Assembly (NCBI GenBank): GCA_929200535.1
Contig: CAKMZV010000005.1
Span: 12,442-76,441, forward strand
Direction: 5' to 3'
Length of the DNA stretch: 64,000 nt
From: an uncultured Gammaproteobacteria bacterium
GTDB lineage: Bacteria; Pseudomonadota; Gammaproteobacteria; CAKMZV01
Below the pieces are notes generated by a model. That model did not search any database. It saw only the letters and a program-made list of their open reading frames with translations, and was not told the DNA's origin. Position numbers and translations under genes: made by a program. Position 1 is the stretch's first letter; each line of letters opens with the position of its first letter. Shown one piece after another: positions 58,628 to 64,000 of the stretch.

Positions 58628-59164
58628 ATGTTAATCAGCGAAGTACAATGCAAAGAATTGGCACAAGAAATTGCTAACTTGCTTCTACAACAAAATATAC
58701 TTTTAGCAACGGCAGAATCCTGTACAGGAGGTTGGCTTGCTAAATGCTGTACGGATTGTGTCGGTAGTTCACAATGGTTTGATTGCTCTGTTGTTTCTTA
58801 TAGCTACTCCTCAAAAAATCAAATTCTCAATATTGATAACGACTTGCTCGAAAAGCATGGTGCAGTTGATCCTATTATTGTTGCAGAGATGGCAAAAAAT
58901 TTATTGCTTATATCAAAAGCCACAGTCAGTATTGCCATTAGTGGCATAGCTGGTCCAAGAGAAGAAACTAACGATAATCAAAAGCCAGTAGGTATGGTGT
59001 GTTTTGCTTGGGCAAAAAAAGAAGGTTTTTGTAAAACAGAGACGATGTATTTCAAAGGCACAAGAGAAGAAGTTAGACTACAAAGTGTATATCATGCCTT
59101 ATTAGGAATAAAATATCTCATATCGTCTCCTTCGACTTCACTCAGGAATCAGATGGATACGTAG
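58628..59164 (+). CDS. pncC: CinA C-terminal domain protein (nicotinamide-nucleotide amidohydrolase PncC-like)
   Basis: LATAESCTGGWLAK motif and overall CinA_C similarity. Confidence 0.85.
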   Translation: MLISEVQCKELAQEIANLLLQQNILLATAESCTGGWLAKCCTDCVGSSQWFDCSVVSYSYSSKNQILNIDNDLLEKHGAVDPIIVAEMAKNLLLISKATVSIAISGIAGPREETNDNQKPVGMVCFAWAKKEGFCKTETMYFKGTREEVRLQSVYHALLGIKYLISSPSTSLRNQMDT

Positions 59165-59217
59165 TGCAACTCAGCTCATTTTCAAAATAAAAAAATCGTA
59201 ATGTTGATAGAGGTAAG

Positions 59218-60255
59218 ATGATTGATTTAGAAATAGGTATTGATAGCTTTGCCAGTGCCACCTCTCTTGGGGAAAACCAGCAAAAATTAGACCACTCCAC
59301 ATTAATTCGGCAATTGGTAGAAAGAATTCGCCTTGCCGATCAGGTTGGGCTTGATGTGTTTGGTATCGGTGAACATCATCGTAAAGAATTTTTAGATTCA
59401 GCTCCCACAAATATTCTTTCAGCGGCAGCCTTGATTACCAAAAATATTCGCTTGGTGACGGCAGTAAGTGTGCTAAGTGCGGCTGATCCTGTACGTGTTT
59501 TTCAAAATCACACAACCTTAGATTTATTATCTAATGGGCGAGCAGAAATAGTGGTAGGGCGGGGCTCTTTTACCGACGCCTTTCCATTATTTGGTTTTGA
59601 TTTACAGGATTATGATGCGTTATTTCGTGAGAAGTTAGAACTGCTGTTAGCAATACAAAAAAATACAGTCGTAAATTGGCAAGGAACCTTTAGACCACCA
59701 TTAAAAAATCAAGAAGTTTATCCTCGACCCCACCAAGAATTTTTGCCTATTTGGTTAGGTGTAGGAGGGACTCCTCAATCATTTATAAGAGCAGGTGAAT
59801 TGGGCTTACCTTTAATGGTTGCCGTTATTGGTGGAGAAACTCACCGTTTTCGTCCCTTAATAGATCTTTACCGCAAGACTGGCATTGAGGCTGGGCATTC
59901 ACCAGAAAAGTTAAAAGTCGGATTACACTCTTTAGGTTATGTTGCTGATACCTATGAGCAAGCAGAAGAAGATTATTTCCCAGGCTATGCCAAATCTTTT
60001 ACTCAAATTGGTAAAGAGCGTGGTTGGAGGGCAGTTGATAGAAAGCATTTTCAAAAACAAACAACTCCAAAAGGGGCTATTGTTTTAGGAACTCCAGAAC
60101 AAGTTGCTCAAAAAATTCTACAACACAGTGACGCTTTGGGGGGAATTTCTCGCTTTACCTTTCAGATGGACATTGCCGACTTGCCACATAGTAAACTATC
60201 AAACGCAATAGAGCTTATTGGCAAAAAAGTAATTCCTTTGCTTCGCAATAAGTGA
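59218..60255 (+). CDS. LLM-class flavin-dependent oxidoreductase (luciferase-like)
   Basis: TIM-barrel luciferase-like family similarity across the full length (IGIDSFA..., DVFGIGEHH). Confidence 0.7.
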   Translation: MIDLEIGIDSFASATSLGENQQKLDHSTLIRQLVERIRLADQVGLDVFGIGEHHRKEFLDSAPTNILSAAALITKNIRLVTAVSVLSAADPVRVFQNHTTLDLLSNGRAEIVVGRGSFTDAFPLFGFDLQDYDALFREKLELLLAIQKNTVVNWQGTFRPPLKNQEVYPRPHQEFLPIWLGVGGTPQSFIRAGELGLPLMVAVIGGETHRFRPLIDLYRKTGIEAGHSPEKLKVGLHSLGYVADTYEQAEEDYFPGYAKSFTQIGKERGWRAVDRKHFQKQTTPKGAIVLGTPEQVAQKILQHSDALGGISRFTFQMDIADLPHSKLSNAIELIGKKVIPLLRNK

Positions 60256-60266
60256 TTTTTTAGCCG

Positions 60267-61538
60267 TTAGTTAATATATTCCAAATGGATAGTGTTTTCC
60301 GGGGCAATGTTTTCTGAAGGAGTGGGGTTTGATACTATATTTTCTGTCGGGGATGATGAGACTTCTGCGAGTACTTTTTCTGTGTAGGTGGTGGTGGATG
60401 GGCTTTCTATTATCTCTTCTGCGAAGATGAGCGGTTTTACGACTTGTTTACGGTATAGCTCTTCAAAATAATCTTCGCCAGGACCAGTGAGCAAGATTTC
60501 TATGTGTATTTCGTCGGTGTGGTAGTTAATTGATTTTATGTTTATGTTTTTAACCCATCGTGAGTCTTGAAGGGTTTTAACTGCTTTTTTATAATTTCTA
60601 AAATTTTTAATTTTGTGTATAAAAAGGTCATATTTTTTACTGCCACTATTTATTTTTTTTTCATAAGAGGCGATTATACTTATGGCATTATCCAAAGCCT
60701 CTATGGTTGCTTTTTTTAAATCAAGATATTTTTTACCCTCCTCTTTCTCGCTTATGGCTTGCTTAAAGTTATAAACTTCACTTTCAATTCTCCACTCATT
60801 TGATGTAGAATTTCGTGAAAATTCCGTAGTATTTTCAGGATTTGATAGATTTTCATCAACATCTGTAAATAGTTCTGAATTAATGGTTTTTTCTGTAGCG
60901 GTTGATTTATAAGGAGACTTATGTGTTGTTAGGGAAAGGTAGTACTCTGCATTATATCGATTTAAAAATATTTTTTGCTCTGTTTGTTGATCTAATATCT
61001 GCATAGATAAAAGCTCTGTTTTACTACCTGTAATAAATTTAAATTTGATACCTCTTGTTTGGCTCACATGGGTAGCAGCTTCTTGGATTTCTGTTGGAAG
61101 TTTGTTTTTAGGGATGATAATCAAATCACTTTCATCTCCAGCATTTTTATCTTTTGGTTTTTCTTGAACGATAATGACTACAGAAGGTCTGTGCTTATTC
61201 CATATAGAGAAATTATGTTTTTTTAGAATGGCATTAACTTTATTTGGAGAAAAGCTAATTGCCCAATAGTGATTATTTGGTGAAATTTCTTGATAACTTT
61301 TTGAAATAACGTAAGAAGTTATTTTTTTAGTTTTGATAGTTTGAGTATATTTGCTTTGTTTGAGTTTTTTATTTCCAGAAACCTTCACCAAAGTTTGTAT
61401 AAAGGCTTGACGAATGTTGCTATCAGATAAATCATTTTTTTCAGAAGCTATATACGCAGTATACAAATCATTTGCATAGCTTGGCTGCAAGAAAAAACAA
61501 AGCAAGAAGGTAAAAATGAGTAATTTAGTAAAACTCAT
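60267..61538 (-). CDS. hypothetical secreted protein
   Basis: Signal peptide MSFTKLLIFTFLLCFFLQPSYA. No recognisable catalytic motif. Confidence 0.4.
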   Translation of the reverse strand: MSFTKLLIFTFLLCFFLQPSYANDLYTAYIASEKNDLSDSNIRQAFIQTLVKVSGNKKLKQSKYTQTIKTKKITSYVISKSYQEISPNNHYWAISFSPNKVNAILKKHNFSIWNKHRPSVVIIVQEKPKDKNAGDESDLIIIPKNKLPTEIQEAATHVSQTRGIKFKFITGSKTELLSMQILDQQTEQKIFLNRYNAEYYLSLTTHKSPYKSTATEKTINSELFTDVDENLSNPENTTEFSRNSTSNEWRIESEVYNFKQAISEKEEGKKYLDLKKATIEALDNAISIIASYEKKINSGSKKYDLFIHKIKNFRNYKKAVKTLQDSRWVKNINIKSINYHTDEIHIEILLTGPGEDYFEELYRKQVVKPLIFAEEIIESPSTTTYTEKVLAEVSSSPTENIVSNPTPSENIAPENTIHLEYIN

Positions 61539-61541
61539 AAT

Positions 61542-62612
61542 TTAAGCTAAATCGTAATTTTGAGCACGATTTCTAAGAGCATGATCCATAAGCGTTAGGG
61601 CAAGCATTGCCTCAGCGATTGGAGTAGCTCTTATGCCTACGCATGGGTCGTGTCTTCCTTTGACTTTAATTGTAGTCTTTTCTCTTTTTTTGTTAATTGT
61701 CTCGACTTCTTGGGAAATGCTGGAGGTTGGCTTTAAGGCAATATGTACGATGATATCTTGTCCATTGGAAATTCCTCCGAGGATACCGCCTGCATTATTG
61801 CTTAAAAAGCCGTCTGGAGTCATAATATCTCGATGCTGACTGCCTAAATCTTCGGATGATGCCATTCCTTTTCCTATCTCGACACCTTTAACGGCATTAA
61901 TACTCATCATCGCTTTAGCAATATCCGCATCTAAACGATCAAAAACAGGCTCTCCAAGACCACAGGGCATATTCTCGGCTACGATAGTCAGTGTTGCCCC
62001 GATAGAATCCCCATCTTTTTTTAGTTGATTAATTTTTTGTTCAAATGTAGGAATAATTGAACTATCAGGTGAGAAAAATGGATTATTATTAACTTCTTCC
62101 CAATCAAACTGTTTACCTATAGATATATCTCCGAGCTTGGACAGGTATCCCCTTACTTGGGTTTTATAGCGTTCATATAACCATTTTTTAGCAATAGCAC
62201 CAGCAGCTACGCGAATGGCTGTTTCTCGAGCGGAAGCTCTTCCTCCACCGCGATAGTCTCTAAAGCCATATTTTTTATCGTAAACAAAATCCGCATGTGA
62301 AGGACGATAATTATCTTTGATGTCGGAGTAATCTTGAGAGCGGGCATCTGTATTGTGTATGAGTAGGGCAATGGGAGTTCCAGTTGTTCGCCCTTCAAAC
62401 ACTCCTGAAAGAATTTCTACTTTATCGTCTTCACGTCTTGCGGTGGTATAACGGGATGATCCGGGACGCCTACGATCTAAATCTTTTTGTAAGTCTTCAG
62501 CACTAATTTTTAAATTAGGAGGGCAACCATCAACAATACCACCTATGGCAACGCCATGGCTCTCGCCAAAAGAAGTTAGGGTAAAATTCTTACCGATTGT
62601 ATTTCCAGCCAT
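61542..62612 (-). CDS. aroC: chorismate synthase
   Basis: N-terminal GESHG motif, conserved AroC signature regions ([20 protein letters not shown]). Confidence 0.95.
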   Translation of the reverse strand: MAGNTIGKNFTLTSFGESHGVAIGGIVDGCPPNLKISAEDLQKDLDRRRPGSSRYTTARREDDKVEILSGVFEGRTTGTPIALLIHNTDARSQDYSDIKDNYRPSHADFVYDKKYGFRDYRGGGRASARETAIRVAAGAIAKKWLYERYKTQVRGYLSKLGDISIGKQFDWEEVNNNPFFSPDSSIIPTFEQKINQLKKDGDSIGATLTIVAENMPCGLGEPVFDRLDADIAKAMMSINAVKGVEIGKGMASSEDLGSQHRDIMTPDGFLSNNAGGILGGISNGQDIIVHIALKPTSSISQEVETINKKREKTTIKVKGRHDPCVGIRATPIAEAMLALTLMDHALRNRAQNYDLA

Positions 62613-62624
62613 TACTTTAAATAA

Positions 62625-63686
62625 CTACTTTGTATCCGTTTCATTATCAGCACTCTTTTTGTCTGACGTTATTTTGGATTTGGCATTTTTCTTAGGCAGT
62701 AGAGCCTCTCTAACACGTTGTTCGATCTCTTGAGCTATCTCAGGATTATCTCGTAAATACTGTTTTGTATTTTCTTTTCCTTGTCCAATACGAGTTCCTT
62801 TATAGCTATACCAAGCACCTGATTTTTCAATAATATCCTCTCCTACGGCAAGGGAAATAATTTCACTTTCTCGTGATATACCTTCACCATACATAATCTC
62901 AAATTCCACTTGTTTAAAAGGTGGAGCCACTTTATTTTTGACAACTTTAACTCGAGTATCATTTCCAATAATATTATCGCCTTTTTTGATAGCTCCGATA
63001 CGGCGAATATCTAAACGTATAGACGCGTAGAATTTTAAAGCATTTCCTCCAGTTGTAGTTTCTGGATTGCCGAACATAACGCCAATTTTCATACGAATTT
63101 GATTGATGAAAATAACGATTGTGTTAGAGCGTTTAATATTTGATGTTAATTTTCTCAAGGCCTGAGACATTAAGCGTGCTTGTAAACCCATATGTGAATC
63201 ACCCATATCGCCTTCAATTTCAGCTTTAGGGGTAAGGGCAGCGACGGAATCAATAACTAAAATATCCACGCTACCAGAGCGAACTAAAGTATCGGTGATT
63301 TCTAAAGCCTGCTCACCAGTATCTGGTTGTGAGACTAATAACTCATCAAGATTAACGCCCAGATTTTTGGCATAATTTATATCTAAAGCATGTTCAGCAT
63401 CAACAAAAGCAGCCACTCCACCACTTTTTTGAACTTCGGCAATAGTGTGTAAGGCTAAAGTGGTTTTACCTGAAGATTCTGGACCATAAATTTCAATAAT
63501 TCTACCTCTCGGTACGCCGCCTACACCGAGTGCAACGTCAAGAGAGAGCGAGCCACTGGAGACGACTTTTAAATTCTCATCTTGCACATCATCATTCATT
63601 AGTTGAATAGCTCCCTGTCCAAATTGTTTTTGAATTTGAGAAAGGGCTGCATTTAGTGCAGTTTTTTTATCGTTTTCTGTTGGCAT
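62625..63686 (-). CDS. recA: recombinase RecA
   Basis: Walker [14 protein letters not shown]1/L2 loop regions, full-length RecA colinearity. Confidence 0.95.
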   Translation of the reverse strand: MPTENDKKTALNAALSQIQKQFGQGAIQLMNDDVQDENLKVVSSGSLSLDVALGVGGVPRGRIIEIYGPESSGKTTLALHTIAEVQKSGGVAAFVDAEHALDINYAKNLGVNLDELLVSQPDTGEQALEITDTLVRSGSVDILVIDSVAALTPKAEIEGDMGDSHMGLQARLMSQALRKLTSNIKRSNTIVIFINQIRMKIGVMFGNPETTTGGNALKFYASIRLDIRRIGAIKKGDNIIGNDTRVKVVKNKVAPPFKQVEFEIMYGEGISRESEIISLAVGEDIIEKSGAWYSYKGTRIGQGKENTKQYLRDNPEIAQEIEQRVREALLPKKNAKSKITSDKKSADNETDTK

Positions 63687-63749
63687 ATTCTTGAGTTTAA
63701 TTGTTTAAAAGTTGATCAATAATATAATTTTAAGCGTAATAGATGAATT

Positions 63750-64000
63750 TTACACAGAGGTACGTTGTGAAAGAGCATGATTTAGAGTTAGATTATCCAT
63801 TCCAGCAATATCGCTACCTGCAGGCATTCCTTGAGACAGACGTGTAATCGGAACCTCAAAAGGTTCAATTGTGCTAATAATTAATGAGGCTGTAATTTCA
63901 CCCTCAACAGTGTAAGGTAATGCAAGAATAACCTCAGAAATCTCATTAGATTGAGAAAAGAGTGATTTTAATTGATTGATACCAAGATCACTAATGCCTA
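63750..64000 (-). CDS. recR: recombination protein RecR, C-terminal (Toprim) fragment; 5' end outside window
   Basis: Minus-strand translation ...EVILALPYTVEGEITASLI...ITRLSQGMPAGSDIAGMDNLTLNHALSQRTSV* matches the RecR Toprim/C-terminal consensus (EVILATNPTVEGEATA...RIAHGVPVGGELE..D..TL...L.GR). Confidence 0.7.
   Translation of the reverse strand, partial: GISDLGINQLKSLFSQSNEISEVILALPYTVEGEITASLIISTIEPFEVPITRLSQGMPAGSDIAGMDNLTLNHALSQRTSV

Overview
This reads as a ~64 kb stretch of an AT-rich gammaproteobacterial chromosome, roughly 38-40% GC by eye. The protein similarities are compatible with Legionellales or Thiotrichales-like lineages, but I cannot assign it more precisely. Most of the window is conserved housekeeping genes on both strands. 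In order: hisD 3' end, an SDR oxidoreductase, priA, gatCAB, mreBCD-mrdA-rodA-mltB, a HAD hydrolase, tmk, holB, leuC, a type I secretion pair (HlyB-like ABC plus HlyD) with a nearby TolC, lepA, degQ/htrA, rpoH, moaADE, a System-II cytochrome c biogenesis pair (ccsA plus resA-like) with dsbA, thiD, thiE, adk, purD, an acyl-ACP synthetase-like ligase, a DMGDH-like FAD oxidoreductase, rpsA, ihfB, an NhaD-family permease, cinA/pncC, an LLM oxidoreductase, aroC, recA and the recR 3' end. The parts I consider accessory or unusual are these. (1) A ~9.5 kb AT-rich glycan-modification island sits exactly between thiD and thiE. It carries an (alpha/alpha)-toroid-like plus SAM-methyltransferase fusion protein, a decayed FkbM-like methyltransferase pseudogene, a LicC-like cytidylyltransferase fused to a HAD-IIA hydrolase, a CDP-alcohol phosphatidyltransferase, a LicD-family phosphotransferase, a Wzx-like flippase and a GT4 glycosyltransferase. 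(2) Two related families of small non-autonomous TIR elements (MITE/REP-like). One disrupts a rhuM gene. Several occur as solo termini or minimal hairpins at gene ends. One solo terminus supplies the moaA start codon. (3) A near-perfect 783-bp head-to-tail tandem duplication gives two identical dsbA genes. (4) The rpoH has a ~90-aa acidic N-terminal extension and is translationally coupled to an RseC-family gene. (5) A GC-rich 27-bp tandem repeat lies at the priA 5' end. (6) A LETM1-like small protein. I found no tRNA or rRNA genes, no CRISPR array, and no integrase or phage genes.
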